Positions 19,557 through 30,192 are shown, numbered from the stretch's first letter. The stretch: 64,000 bases of DNA from a virus (IMGVR_UViG_3300020045_008999:512001-576000), one strand, 5' to 3'. Program-made: numbers and translations. The notes: generated from the letters alone by a model not told the origin.

Positions 19557-21656
19557 ATGAACCCAAAGAAAATCACAACATTAACTGATCGTAAAATCGA
19601 CGCAGAACAACTGAAAATCAATAATTCTATAGGTGATGATGACGACGATAACTCACCAAAGTACAAATCTAGCTATACACCAGATCCTAAATCTAAAACA
19701 CCGGTGATTGATCAATTCTGTAGAGACTTGTCCAAAATGGCCGAAGAAAAGAAGTTAGATACTGTAGTGGGCCGAAGCGAAGAAGTACATCGCGTATCCG
19801 TTATTTTATCACGACGTAAAAAAAATAACCCACTATTGATTGGTGAACCAGGGGTTGGTAAAACAAGTATCGCTGACCAGTTAGCTATGCAAATCGCCGA
19901 AAAGAAAGTGTCGCGCACATTATATGATAAAAGAATCGTATCCGTTGATTTGGGACAAATGGTTGCCGGTACTAAATACCGCGGTCAATTTGAAGAACGA
20001 ATCAAGGCATTGGTATTGGAACTTGAAAAAAATCCGCATATTATTCTTTTTATTGACGAAATCCACACAATCATAGGTGCGGGAGGTTCTGCCGGCTCTA
20101 TGGATGCTGCTAATATGTTAAAGCCAGCATTATCGCGTGGTGATATTCAGGTTATTGGTGCGACAACATTAGAGGAATATCGCAAACATATTGAAAAAGA
20201 CGGGGCTTTAGATCGTCGATTTCAAAAAGTTACGATCAATCCACCAAGTGAGGAAGATTCAATTATTATTTTGAATAATATAAAAGGCATGTATGAGGCA
20301 CACCATAATGTTATTTATTCACCAGAAGCAATTGAAGCTTGTGTGCGTTTAACATCACGTTACATTACCGATCGAAACTTACCGGATAAAGCCATTGATG
20401 CTATGGACGAGGTCGGTTCTAATATTCGCATTGCAAACATCGTAGTCCCACAAGAAATCTTAGACATTGAAATAAAAATTGCAGAGACTATTGAAAATAA
20501 AAATTTGGTAGTGAAGCAACAAAAGTATGAAGATGCCGCTAAACTTAGGGATGTTGAGAAAAAATTAGAAGTCATCTTAGTAGATGCTACTAATAAGTGG
20601 GAGGAAGACCAAATCAATAACAAAAAGATAATCACCGAGGATAATGTTGCCGGTATTGTTTCTAGAATGAGCGGAATTCCGTTGCAAAAAATTAACCAAT
20701 CCGAAACTAAAAAATTATCTACAATGTTTGATGAATTATCAAGCAAGGTAATCGGTCAAGATTTTGCGGTTGATAAAGTCGTAAAGGCAATTCAACGTGG
20801 TAGAGTTGGTATGAAAGATCCAAACAAACCATTATTTTCTGGATTATTGATCGGTAATTCCGGAGTTGGTAAAAGTGAATTAGCTAAACAATTAGCCAGA
20901 CAGATGTTTGATAATGACAGCTCATTAATTCGCATTGATATGAGTGAATATAGTGAGAAAGTATCGGTGAATAAAATAATCGGATCACCTAGTGGGTATA
21001 TTGGTTATGACGATAGTAATATATTGGACAAAATCAAAAGAAATCCCTATAGTGTAATACTTTTCGATGAAATTGAAAAGGCACATCCTGAAGTGTTTAA
21101 TCTATTCCTACAGATGTTAGATGATGGTCACTTGACTAATTCACAAGGGGTTACGGTATCATTCAAAAATACCATAATTTTAATGACATCAAATGTTGGT
21201 ACACGAAAAGTAAAGGAATTTGGTAGTGGGTTAGGGTACGGAACATCAACCAAAGTTAATAATTCATCTGATTCAATCAGATCCATATTGGATAAAGAAC
21301 TTAAAGTAGTATTTGCCCCGGAATTCTTAAATAGAATTGATGAAATAATTTATTTCAAAGATTTGGACCGCGAAGATATTAGTAAAATTGTTATTTTAGA
21401 GACTAATAAGTCTTTGAAAAGAGCAAAAACATTAGGATTGGATGTATCAATAGATCAGAGTCTAATCGATCACATTGCTACGGTTGGATATGATAAGGAT
21501 TTTGGCGCAAGGCCCTTGAAAAGAGCTGTACAGAAATTTATCGATGATGCAATTACCGAATATATTATTAAGAACGAACCAATTAAGTGTACACTGGTGA
21601 TGAAATTGAGCGAATCACTAGAAACCGAGATCGAGGATGTTACCGAGAATATTTAA
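19557..21656 (+). CDS. clpC: ClpC-type AAA+ unfoldase lacking the N-terminal Clp-repeat domain
   Basis: GEPGVGKT/FIDEIH and GNSGVGKS/FDEIEKAH modules, UVR coil YEDAAKLRD, GLGYG loop, FGARPLKR. Confidence 0.9.
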   Translation: MNPKKITTLTDRKIDAEQLKINNSIGDDDDDNSPKYKSSYTPDPKSKTPVIDQFCRDLSKMAEEKKLDTVVGRSEEVHRVSVILSRRKKNNPLLIGEPGVGKTSIADQLAMQIAEKKVSRTLYDKRIVSVDLGQMVAGTKYRGQFEERIKALVLELEKNPHIILFIDEIHTIIGAGGSAGSMDAANMLKPALSRGDIQVIGATTLEEYRKHIEKDGALDRRFQKVTINPPSEEDSIIILNNIKGMYEAHHNVIYSPEAIEACVRLTSRYITDRNLPDKAIDAMDEVGSNIRIANIVVPQEILDIEIKIAETIENKNLVVKQQKYEDAAKLRDVEKKLEVILVDATNKWEEDQINNKKIITEDNVAGIVSRMSGIPLQKINQSETKKLSTMFDELSSKVIGQDFAVDKVVKAIQRGRVGMKDPNKPLFSGLLIGNSGVGKSELAKQLARQMFDNDSSLIRIDMSEYSEKVSVNKIIGSPSGYIGYDDSNILDKIKRNPYSVILFDEIEKAHPEVFNLFLQMLDDGHLTNSQGVTVSFKNTIILMTSNVGTRKVKEFGSGLGYGTSTKVNNSSDSIRSILDKELKVVFAPEFLNRIDEIIYFKDLDREDISKIVILETNKSLKRAKTLGLDVSIDQSLIDHIATVGYDKDFGARPLKRAVQKFIDDAITEYIIKNEPIKCTLVMKLSESLETEIEDVTENI

Positions 21657-21690
21657 AAAAAGAGGGAAGCTTAGCTTCCCTCTTTTTTTT
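21655..21690. terminator. Bidirectional intrinsic terminator
   Basis: AAAAAAAGAGGGAAGC-TTA-GCTTCCCTCTTTTTTTT between convergent genes. Confidence 0.85.
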
Positions 21691-22288
21691 AAAACTTTTG
21701 GATAATTTTTGGCACCCTACCAACCTCGAGTACTTTTGATTGATTCAACGCAAATTCGATGTCCATAAAATTAAAGCTAAATGTCATTGTAAATACTTTG
21801 GCATTTACTTTTTGACTAGCATAATCAAATGTATTATCACTCAGGTCCATCGCGATTATTTCGGTAAATTTCATTCGATAAATTTCATCACGATGAATAT
21901 CTAACACTGAAAGCATAAAAGGCTTGATGTATAAGTTTTCAACATCTAGGTAATTTTTGATAAATATATCAAGTAATAGCGTATAATTCAAATCGGAATC
22001 TACTGATCTAAAAGTAACTTGTAGATTGTGATTCGTAAATATGTCTTGTACATTGGTTGCTGGCTTATATGTACGCACTTTACCTCTCATCAATGTTTGT
22101 TCCGGACTACTAATACTAAGTCCTGGAAAAGTTATTGATTTTATAGTAGAATTTAAGTAATCTATTACATTTGAATACTGTACATGGTTTTTTTCCAATA
22201 GTGGGCTATACGTGTCTATAATTTCTGCCGGAATTAAATCACTCGGAAGATTAAATACAAATGCACTGGATTGACTGGATAATCTCAT
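21689..22288 (-). CDS. Tail tube/tail completion-like protein (T4 gp3/gp19-like fold)
   Basis: IKSITFPGLSI, LQVTF, DLSD-x2-FDY, FTMTFSF pattern. Confidence 0.5.
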   Translation of the reverse strand: MRLSSQSSAFVFNLPSDLIPAEIIDTYSPLLEKNHVQYSNVIDYLNSTIKSITFPGLSISSPEQTLMRGKVRTYKPATNVQDIFTNHNLQVTFRSVDSDLNYTLLLDIFIKNYLDVENLYIKPFMLSVLDIHRDEIYRMKFTEIIAMDLSDNTFDYASQKVNAKVFTMTFSFNFMDIEFALNQSKVLEVGRVPKIIQKF

Positions 22289-22291
22289 TTT

Positions 22292-24076
22292 TTAAATATT
22301 ATTTGTGTTATCGATAGTAGTGGTTTCTATGGTACGAATAGTAACAACCGCTGTTTCCTGAATCGCGTTAGATTCTTCGGTGATGATAGTATCCTCAGCA
22401 ATTATTTGTTGTGCATTTATATCATTTAGATTATCATTATTATCCCATATTTTGAATAACCCAGAATAAATCGAGGTTGTCAAACTATCGCTGGTTGTGG
22501 TGATATAGAATGTATTATATCCACTGTTGTACATTTTTCGAATATCATTAATTTTAGAACTGGAAATTTTAAATACAACAGCACCGATCGTTAATGAAAC
22601 TTGACCACCCTCCATGTACAATGGAAAAGCATAGGTATTTTTATCACTTTTAAATACAATATTTATGTCCCCGGCAGCAGACAAATCTAAATAATTAATT
22701 ATTGAATTATCTATTCTGTCAGCAATGATCAATTTTACAATATTATCAAAGGGGAATAACATTATTTTACACTCACCCATTCCCCAGAATGTATCTTTCC
22801 CAACCCGAACACTATTACTCTTACACACAACACTGTTTTTATCAATTAGTACCGGAAATGGTACCTTAATAGGCTCTAGCTGGATACTAGTTGATCCAAC
22901 CCCGATACCAACCTCGCCAGACAATATCCCAGCACCCAATGGATTTTTGATGTTATATATTTTGGGTTTGTTTGCAGTGGCTAGATTAATTTTCATCATC
23001 TTTAGTGAGTATTTGGATACTTCATCCTGTAACATTCCATAAGATGCTCTTCGCTGCAATTGTGATCCATCGATTATATCAATCAAATTCATTTCAACAT
23101 CTATTATCGCAGTAGTGGTGGAGTATTTAATGATTGGCCTATACTCAATTTTTTCATTGAAATTATCCGCTACGTAAATGCTTATGGTTTTACCCCTAAT
23201 ATTTTGTTCGTATATGGTAATTTTATATTCAACGTTATATTTATGTCCTTGTGAAATAGCGTTTAGAATCATGCTTTTGAAATCAAAAAGAGAATTATTG
23301 AATGTCCCATATACCTCAAAGAAATCACCATTGGTAGAATGTTCTATCTTAACACCCATGTTTTCAAATTCTGGTGCTTGTGGTACACTGACCACCGATT
23401 TAGGACCAAGTGAATATGTAGTAATTCCACTTATGACATTTTTGGAAGTTACGAAACTGAATTCTAGAAAAATTGGTGACGACGAACTAAGTCCAACACC
23501 ATTGGTTAAATTATAGTTTATCGTGTTTTCTTTTGCCATATTACCATCCCGTTGTTTAGACAACGCAAATATTGATGGTACATTGAGATCAATACACTTT
23601 CCCCATAGAGTATCCTGGTATCGAAGTGGTGGTGATGTATATCCAATGATCCCTAATGTATTGACGTCAGACATGTCAATATAAAAATTAGATATATCAT
23701 ATTTGTTTCGCATATTGTTATCATATGTATATGCTTTAATATGAAAACCGATATAATTACCAAATGTATAGTTTATTGGCATGTGAACCTTGATAGTATC
23801 ATGGCGCACTGGCATGGAATTGATATAGTCTTTAGTTTGTAAAAAAAGGTAATTTGAAGTATCCACTTTCCCCCACTTTCCCCCAACGGCATCAATGGTG
23901 AACAATGTGTTTGATAACTTATTTATAGTTGATGATGAAGACCCAGCTGCATATGATTGCGTTGATTCTTTAGAATTTAGTATTATTGAATATGGATCAG
24001 ATATTAAATTACCATCATCATACACATATTGTAACATTATGTCTTTATCAACCTTAATAAATTTAGAAACTTTCAT
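22292..24076 (-). CDS. Putative virion structural protein
   Basis: 594 aa, beta-rich; coupled to the tail-tube-like gene; late-type motif upstream. Confidence 0.5.
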   Translation of the reverse strand: MKVSKFIKVDKDIMLQYVYDDGNLISDPYSIILNSKESTQSYAAGSSSSTINKLSNTLFTIDAVGGKWGKVDTSNYLFLQTKDYINSMPVRHDTIKVHMPINYTFGNYIGFHIKAYTYDNNMRNKYDISNFYIDMSDVNTLGIIGYTSPPLRYQDTLWGKCIDLNVPSIFALSKQRDGNMAKENTINYNLTNGVGLSSSSPIFLEFSFVTSKNVISGITTYSLGPKSVVSVPQAPEFENMGVKIEHSTNGDFFEVYGTFNNSLFDFKSMILNAISQGHKYNVEYKITIYEQNIRGKTISIYVADNFNEKIEYRPIIKYSTTTAIIDVEMNLIDIIDGSQLQRRASYGMLQDEVSKYSLKMMKINLATANKPKIYNIKNPLGAGILSGEVGIGVGSTSIQLEPIKVPFPVLIDKNSVVCKSNSVRVGKDTFWGMGECKIMLFPFDNIVKLIIADRIDNSIINYLDLSAAGDINIVFKSDKNTYAFPLYMEGGQVSLTIGAVVFKISSSKINDIRKMYNSGYNTFYITTTSDSLTTSIYSGLFKIWDNNDNLNDINAQQIIAEDTIITEESNAIQETAVVTIRTIETTTIDNTNNI

Positions 24077-24102
24077 CCAAAATATATATTTTTTTTATAT
24101 AT

Positions 24103-24133
24103 AAAAAAACCGATACTATGTATCGGTTTTTTT
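24103..24133 (-). terminator. Intrinsic terminator
   Basis: AAAAAAACCGATAC-TAT-GTATCGGTTTTTTT. Confidence 0.75.
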
Positions 24134-24514
24134 CATTTTATCAAACAATGTTGAACGAATTTCATCATCACTCGAATTTGGATTGTGTTTTTTTATTTCT
24201 AGATAAAGTTCCTCTTCATCCCGCTTTAATCGTTCTATACTTACATTAATTGGATCTATTAATTTCGAAATTCGATCACTTTCAGTTTCCATTTCGGTCA
24301 TTTTATCCAGAATGTGTTTAGTTGCTTCGTTTATACTACTCACTTGTTTAATAGGTCCGGATATGTATTGCTCTAATTCACCGGTTATTTTTAATAAATA
24401 TTCCGTTAATAACTTCGCTTCCGATTCATAATTACCTAAATTTTGCTTAAGAATATTAAATTCATTTTTTATGCTGATTGCGCTATCAACCAAGGTGTCA
24501 TCAATATAAACCAT
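24116..24514 (-). CDS. Coiled-coil hypothetical protein
   Basis: 132 aa, heptad-rich. Confidence 0.6.
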   Translation of the reverse strand: MVYIDDTLVDSAISIKNEFNILKQNLGNYESEAKLLTEYLLKITGELEQYISGPIKQVSSINEATKHILDKMTEMETESDRISKLIDPINVSIERLKRDEEELYLEIKKHNPNSSDDEIRSTLFDKMKKTDT

Positions 24515-25371
24515 TATTGAGTTAATTTTTTTGTTGGTGTTGTTTTACTATTTGATCTAGGGGTTCTAGGTTTTTTATTTACCACAACAGTACTTTCAAC
24601 AATAGTTGGGTTTACAACCCCACCAAGTTTATTTTCAGAAACAATTTTATTAATCTCATCAATGATCAACTGTTTAATTGCGTTAGGATCTGCTAATAAT
24701 TTATTAGTAAACTCATCGGCAAGGTATTCGATAATAGACGTGTTATACGAATCTTCCATCATTTCTATAAAATCGATTCTTGGTATCATGCCAGCAATCT
24801 TGACATCTACACTAAACTCTTTACTACGTTTAACCCCTTTAAACATTACATAAATAGGATCCTCGGTGACCACTGCCGCAAAGGACGGTACGTTAGTGCT
24901 AATTGGTTGATGTACTTCAACCACACCGGAGTCGTCAATTATGGACTGCAACATATCGCTTTGTATTCTGGCTTGTTCTAATGAAGACGAACCATTGCTC
25001 ATTTGTGAAACTCGATCTTCTAACAGTCTACGCTCTTCCGAAGGATCAACATCAATGATTAATGATTCACCACCCGGATTAAAATTATTATACCCAGTAC
25101 TCAGTTCCACAATTCCAGCATCTTGTTGCATTTGTTCTAATACTTCATCCGGAACGGCTTTTATTTTCTCACTCAATAAATTATAAGCAGATTTTGTTAA
25201 AAATTCGGCCGGATCTATAAAATCATCATACGCGCTTTTATCCAATAGTTTTATTATTGAAACATTCATATTATCATCCAACAATGCAACATCACCATCC
25301 TGACTGATCACTGAACTAGTGACATTATTGGATAAATTAACATATTTCTTACCTACTAAATTTGGATACAT
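24514..25371 (-). CDS. Hypothetical protein
   Basis: 285 aa; CAACTTT-N15-TATAA upstream (25390-25416, minus). Confidence 0.65.
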   Translation of the reverse strand: MYPNLVGKKYVNLSNNVTSSVISQDGDVALLDDNMNVSIIKLLDKSAYDDFIDPAEFLTKSAYNLLSEKIKAVPDEVLEQMQQDAGIVELSTGYNNFNPGGESLIIDVDPSEERRLLEDRVSQMSNGSSSLEQARIQSDMLQSIIDDSGVVEVHQPISTNVPSFAAVVTEDPIYVMFKGVKRSKEFSVDVKIAGMIPRIDFIEMMEDSYNTSIIEYLADEFTNKLLADPNAIKQLIIDEINKIVSENKLGGVVNPTIVESTVVVNKKPRTPRSNSKTTPTKKLTQ

Positions 25372-25442
25372 ACTAACTATTTTTTATTTTTATACTCATT
25401 ATATAGTAAAAAGTTGTATATTTGTTTGTAAATATTTAATAC

Positions 25443-25847
25443 TTGGAAAATATGAAAGCATTTTTAAATAAAGATAACCGAATTAAACGCGATGAAAATT
25501 ATGGTTTAATGAGCTCAATACGAACTATCATAGCCAATCGAATAAGGGATGAATATAATTCCGAGTTATCCGCACTGGCCACGGAGCAAGATAAGCTATT
25601 GAAAACTGAGTTTGCATTTTATGATTCGGTATGGGAAATTCTCAAAACAATTACACCAACAACCAAAGTGAAAATTATTACTCAGGTTGGTCCAGGTTCA
25701 TCAATTTCAAACGAACATATTGGCACAGTTACTGATTTCCCATTAGTTTGGAGTGGTCAGAAGCATTTCAACTTTATTTCTCACAATTTAGATAACGAGA
25801 AACGCACAATAGGTTTCAGTTGTCTTCAATCAATTGAAATTATTTAA
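25443..25847 (+). CDS. Hypothetical protein
   Basis: TATATTTG at 25417 upstream; start may be ATG 25452. Confidence 0.55.
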   Translation: MENMKAFLNKDNRIKRDENYGLMSSIRTIIANRIRDEYNSELSALATEQDKLLKTEFAFYDSVWEILKTITPTTKVKIITQVGPGSSISNEHIGTVTDFPLVWSGQKHFNFISHNLDNEKRTIGFSCLQSIEII

Positions 25848-26103
25848 TATGGTAAAGTATATAAGACTACTGAGTTACACCGGCGCGTTGACGGTTATCG
25901 ATTTCGTGGATAGTACCCAATCAAGTGATAATTATGCGAATATAACCCCTGGTGGGTTATGTGTGAATGTTAATGAAAAGGATTGGGAATTAGTACTCAA
26001 TTTTATTCAATCACTAAATACTAGATTTGAAGTGACTGATGAACATCCCATGGCGGTAGAGTCTCGCATCGTGAAAGACTATAAATTGAATAATTTGATA
26101 TAA
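25834..26103 (+). CDS. Hypothetical protein (start probably ATG 25849)
   Basis: Co-directional run. Confidence 0.5.
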   Translation: MKLFNMVKYIRLLSYTGALTVIDFVDSTQSSDNYANITPGGLCVNVNEKDWELVLNFIQSLNTRFEVTDEHPMAVESRIVKDYKLNNLI

Positions 26104-26134
26104 TCGTCTAAAAAATATAATTTACAAAAGAAGT

Positions 26135-26767
26135 ATGAAATATGGTGATTTACCAGTACCTATATGCGAATATCGCATAAAATGTGACGAGATGATGTTT
26201 TATCAATACTTACCAATCAAAATGGTATTATCTGATGAAATAAAATATGAGCCTAGATTAAACTGTTTTGATGCAATTATATCTAAAATCTGTGATGATT
26301 TTATAGAATTATTTGGAGAAAGTGCTTATCACAATCACTACATTTACCTAACCGCAAAACACCAATATCAAGTCGCCAACACCTCTTTTAATCGTTTAGG
26401 GTACCATTCCGATGGATTTATGACCGATGACATTAATTATATTTGGAGTGATGCAAACCCAACGATTTTCAATAATTCCGACTTTACTATAACACAAGAT
26501 GATCGAATTTCATTGAGTGAGATGGAAACACAAGCCCGTGCTGAAAATCAAATAGTATATAGAGATAACAACATACTTCGATTAAATCAATTTAATATTC
26601 ATAAAGTTAACGAGTGTGATTTCAGTGGCATGCGGACTTTTTTAAAAATATCATTCAGTGTTGATAAATATGACTTGATTGGAAATTCTCATAATTATTC
26701 ACTCGATTATAATTGGGAAATGAAATTGAGACAAACCGAGCGAAATATACCACAATCTAATAAATAA
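26135..26767 (+). CDS. 2OG-Fe(II) dioxygenase-like phage protein
   Basis: GYHSDG (HxD), distal H, RTFLKISFS. Confidence 0.55.
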   Translation: MKYGDLPVPICEYRIKCDEMMFYQYLPIKMVLSDEIKYEPRLNCFDAIISKICDDFIELFGESAYHNHYIYLTAKHQYQVANTSFNRLGYHSDGFMTDDINYIWSDANPTIFNNSDFTITQDDRISLSEMETQARAENQIVYRDNNILRLNQFNIHKVNECDFSGMRTFLKISFSVDKYDLIGNSHNYSLDYNWEMKLRQTERNIPQSNK

Positions 26768-26775
26768 TATACATT

Positions 26776-26985
26776 ATGTGTAAAAATAAAGGGGAATATA
26801 ATGGTAAGTGTAATATTACTAGTTGCTCGACCGGCATACCAGCGTTATGGTTTAATCATAGCACTGAATTATATTATTGCGCTTCATGTGCCAATCGTTT
26901 AAATAGTGACCCATATAATAAACAGGATGCGCAGCGATTATTTGGTCATGATTTGTGTACTAAAACAATCCACTTAAATGAATAA
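26776..26985 (+). CDS. Small Cys-rich (Zn-binding) protein
   Basis: C-x4-C...YYCASCA. Confidence 0.55.
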   Translation: MCKNKGEYNGKCNITSCSTGIPALWFNHSTELYYCASCANRLNSDPYNKQDAQRLFGHDLCTKTIHLNE

Positions 26986-27331
26986 TGAATTGATCATATT
27001 GAAAAATATACTCAATGAATTCCTAACTATTAATACCGAACGGGCCTCAGTGGAGGTTGTTAATCAGGCAATGGGAATTATCGGGTTTATATCATTACCA
27101 TATCTTGAATATCTTGAGTGTTGGTATATTAGTACAGCACACACTATTTGTATTGACTTTACTGATGGACCGGCCACACTGTTTTTAGAAATTGGTAAAA
27201 CTAAATTGGGATATTTTACAGATGGTGAGTATAAAACATATCAGGATAAATTAGACATAGATTCTGTTGACAACACCCGGCTCGCAATTACACTTTTGAA
27301 TAATGATTTCAGTAAAGCATTTAAATCATAA
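26978..27331 (+). CDS. Hypothetical protein
   Basis: 117 aa, overlap-coupled. Confidence 0.55.
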   Translation: MNNELIILKNILNEFLTINTERASVEVVNQAMGIIGFISLPYLEYLECWYISTAHTICIDFTDGPATLFLEIGKTKLGYFTDGEYKTYQDKLDIDSVDNTRLAITLLNNDFSKAFKS

Positions 27332-27755
27332 TAATATGAATAGACCATTATTCCGGGCAATTGCCAGTAAGACAGCAGCCAGCAGCATTTTTTGGGACGA
27401 AAAATTTGTCAATGGATGTGTGATACACAGTCCCGATAAAATAACATCACGCATAATAAATGATGAAACAGACGTTGAAGTGGATAGTGATACAATTGGC
27501 AGATTTACTAATCTCGAAAATAAAGATGGGCATGAATTATGTGCGGGTGATTTAATATTTCTATACGGTAAACTATACACAATTGTAGATCATGTTTGGA
27601 AATTTTCATTTGAACGCAATTTGGTTTATTTTGGTGAGAATAAGGAAATTGACTTAGACGAAGATACTGCATACGAAGCAGTCTTAGTGGGTAACATACA
27701 CCAAAACATTGATCTAGTAAAAAGTGAAAAAATAAAATATGAACAAATGTTATAA
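27303..27755 (+). CDS. YopX family protein (start probably ATG 27337)
   Basis: RPLFRA, VDSDTIGRFT-x3-KDG-x-E...GDLI, VGNIHQN. Confidence 0.8.
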   Translation: MISVKHLNHNNMNRPLFRAIASKTAASSIFWDEKFVNGCVIHSPDKITSRIINDETDVEVDSDTIGRFTNLENKDGHELCAGDLIFLYGKLYTIVDHVWKFSFERNLVYFGENKEIDLDEDTAYEAVLVGNIHQNIDLVKSEKIKYEQML

Positions 27756-27780
27756 AAATCAAATTATTAACATTTTAGGT

Positions 27781-27815
27781 AAAAAAACCCCCCATTATAA
27801 ATAATGGGGGGTTTT
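27781..27815. terminator. Bidirectional intrinsic terminator
   Basis: AAAACCCCCCATTAT-AA-ATAATGGGGGGTTTT. Confidence 0.85.
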
Positions 27816-27830
27816 GTATATATAACTTAG

Positions 27831-28811
27831 TTACATATTTGCAAAGAAGTCTTCATCGCTGGTATCGGATACCGTTTGAAAAGAATTTTCTTCTGGTACC
27901 AAAGTTTCTTCTAAGTCAAAATCATTTGCGGATGGTTTAGTATTACCAAATCCACTTGGAACTGATCCTGTAAGAAATGCTTTAATTTCAATAATTTTGG
28001 TATTTTGCTCCGGTGTTAATTTTTTAGGTGCATAATCAGCCAATTCATGATCTCTGTCCAAAAGGAAATCTTTAACAATTTGGTGAAATTTAGGATTTAT
28101 CTTTTTCACAAATTTACCATCCACTTCAACCTCAGATAATGGAACGTTTCCAAAAACTGCCTTTTCTTTGTTATAAATTGGTAATGAAGAAGACTCTTGT
28201 CTAAACATAGCATTTTTATAATCTGGGTAAGTAATTTCGCCCGTTTGGATTTCTTTTGCGATTAATACGAAATCTTTACCATCAATCCAGTCAAAAACAT
28301 TGCATTCAACACCTGAAATCTCACCAGTTTTTTCTTGGATGATTTTGTCTTGGATGATTTTACCATATTGAAAAATCATAATTTTCCCAACTAATTCCGG
28401 TTGTTGCTCATCTTCCATGATCAATACATATGAATAGTATTTTCTTGAATATTGTAAGCATTTTGCTTTTTCCACCTGAACCGCATTTCCTGACTTTGTC
28501 ATTGTGTAGTACAAGCTACTTAATTCACAATCTTCATTGAAGTTTTTTGGTGAGTCAAAAAATCCAGATAATTCTTTAACGTTTTTGATGTTTACGTAAT
28601 GAGAAATTTTCTCAATTGCGGATTGACCAAATGTCAATTCTTTTGTCAAGTTTGGCAAAAATCTGATTACCGAACGGTAACCCCTTTTTTTGTCTTTTAC
28701 CTTACTCAAGTCAACTCTATACATTCCGTCCGAGTTTACTGTTTTCTTATCTTCTAAGAAATCCATTTTTGTGTTTAGATCTACGCTAAACAAGTCATCT
28801 AATTCTGCCAT
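27831..28811 (-). CDS. T4 gp32-like single-stranded DNA-binding protein
   Basis: VIRFLP, YYSYVLIMED-x2-PELVGKIMIFQYGK, FD-x2-DGKDF, acidic tail DEDFFANM. Confidence 0.85.
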   Translation of the reverse strand: MAELDDLFSVDLNTKMDFLEDKKTVNSDGMYRVDLSKVKDKKRGYRSVIRFLPNLTKELTFGQSAIEKISHYVNIKNVKELSGFFDSPKNFNEDCELSSLYYTMTKSGNAVQVEKAKCLQYSRKYYSYVLIMEDEQQPELVGKIMIFQYGKIIQDKIIQEKTGEISGVECNVFDWIDGKDFVLIAKEIQTGEITYPDYKNAMFRQESSSLPIYNKEKAVFGNVPLSEVEVDGKFVKKINPKFHQIVKDFLLDRDHELADYAPKKLTPEQNTKIIEIKAFLTGSVPSGFGNTKPSANDFDLEETLVPEENSFQTVSDTSDEDFFANM

Positions 28812-28850
28812 AATTGCCGTTTTTAATTTTTTAATTGTTTTTATTTTAAG

Positions 28851-28877
28851 TTATACTCAGTTTTAATGAAAAAGTTT
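28851..28877 (-). promoter_or_regulatory. Bipartite phage promoter-like motif AAACTTT-N15-TATAA
   Basis: Exact motif upstream of the SSB gene. Confidence 0.65.
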
Positions 28878-28980
28878 AGATTATTTGAATAATTTTATTT
28901 ATCTTTGTTCATTGAAACAATTGTTATACACACATTATATGTATAAGTTGTTTAAAATATCAAAATAAAAATATTAGCAT

Positions 28981-29169
28981 ATGAATGAATTCGTAAAGAA
29001 TATGGTCATATCAATGATTTCGTTGGGTTTGACACTGTATATACTATTTTGCATACCATGTAAAGTGGGTGATGTTATATGGTTATGCAGCCTCGTCCCA
29101 AACTTCGTATTCGGGATATATCTATCCAAAGCAATATACCCAATCCGTTCTAAGATCACACGTAATTAA
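28981..29169 (+). CDS. Small membrane protein
   Basis: 62 aa, two hydrophobic segments. Confidence 0.45.
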   Translation: MNEFVKNMVISMISLGLTLYILFCIPCKVGDVIWLCSLVPNFVFGIYLSKAIYPIRSKITRN

Positions 29170-29181
29170 ATTCGAAAAAAC

Positions 29182-29322
29182 ATGAAGGCAATAAAACAAT
29201 GGATATTGGATTTTTTAAATAAACAAGAGGAAAGACGCAACCGGGAACCAAACGCTAAAAGGGATCAGGCCAGTATATCTTCGGAGCTCTCTAATTTATC
29301 AAATATATTTAAACATAAATGA
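29182..29322 (+). CDS. Small hypothetical protein (46 aa, below ORF-track cutoff)
   Basis: MKAIKQWILDFLNKQEERR...; ATGA overlap with the next gene. Confidence 0.45.
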   Translation: MKAIKQWILDFLNKQEERRNREPNAKRDQASISSELSNLSNIFKHK

Positions 29323-29549
29323 ACATGAGCGAAATGAGCATGGATGAAACCTTGGCGTATATAATTAGTGATTTGAAAATTAAAAATCGCGTTATAGTAA
29401 TTGATAACATATTGAACAATCTAGATGCACCATTATTAACTATAAGAGATCATCCTAAATATATTCAAAAAATAAATTCTTTTAATAATTGTAGTAAATC
29501 TTACTTTAGTAGCAGTTCCGGACTTAGAAGGTTGCTTAAAAAATATTAA
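29319..29549 (+). CDS. Hypothetical protein, paralog of 29968
   Basis: DLKIKNRVIVIDNILNN...PLLTIRDHP. Confidence 0.6.
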   Translation: MNMSEMSMDETLAYIISDLKIKNRVIVIDNILNNLDAPLLTIRDHPKYIQKINSFNNCSKSYFSSSSGLRRLLKKY

Positions 29550-29569
29550 ATTTATAAAACTATGCCAAA

Positions 29570-29965
29570 ATGAGTGATCAGTCAATTTATGTTACCAAAC
29601 GACATACTATAGATCTAGTGAGTGAAAACTTGATTTATGTATTACAAGAAAAATTCAATTTTGACTATCAGGTGAATAGTGCATTTATTGAAATACAAAC
29701 TGTTTTCGGACAAGCTGATCTAGGTGGTCCAATACTAATTGAAGATTTGATCACTTTGTTGAAGAATTTGAAGGAAATGGGTAGCACCCATGTTGAAATT
29801 GACTACCATATTGATCACGGTGAGTACCTACTTAGTGGATACATTATAGAAGAGTCATCCGAAGAAGAAATAGCAAAGTGGAAAGTTAATAAAACCCAAA
29901 TGGATTTGAGGAACCTGAGAATTCGGGAACTACAAGAAGAAATAAATGAATTAAGACGTATATAA
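29570..29965 (+). CDS. Hypothetical protein
   Basis: 131 aa; GSTHVEIDYHIDH. Confidence 0.6.
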   Translation: MSDQSIYVTKRHTIDLVSENLIYVLQEKFNFDYQVNSAFIEIQTVFGQADLGGPILIEDLITLLKNLKEMGSTHVEIDYHIDHGEYLLSGYIIEESSEEEIAKWKVNKTQMDLRNLRIRELQEEINELRRI

Positions 29966-29967
29966 AA

Positions 29968-30192
29968 ATGGAAAATGATACAACAATCACTCTGACTGAT
30001 GATAAAATCGCAGAGATTACCAGGGATATAAAAGCTAAAAATAGAATAATTACTACTTCCAACATCATAGATAATACGGATAAACCATTACTTAGTATAA
30101 TGGACCACCCCACATTCGCGGTCAAGTATCATTATGGACACATCGATGCCAATGGTGTGGATGTTCACTATTTAATTGAGTATTATAAATAG
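29968..30192 (+). CDS. Hypothetical protein, paralog of 29319
   Basis: DIKAKNRIITTSNIIDN...PLLSIMDHP. Confidence 0.6.
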   Translation: MENDTTITLTDDKIAEITRDIKAKNRIITTSNIIDNTDKPLLSIMDHPTFAVKYHYGHIDANGVDVHYLIEYYK

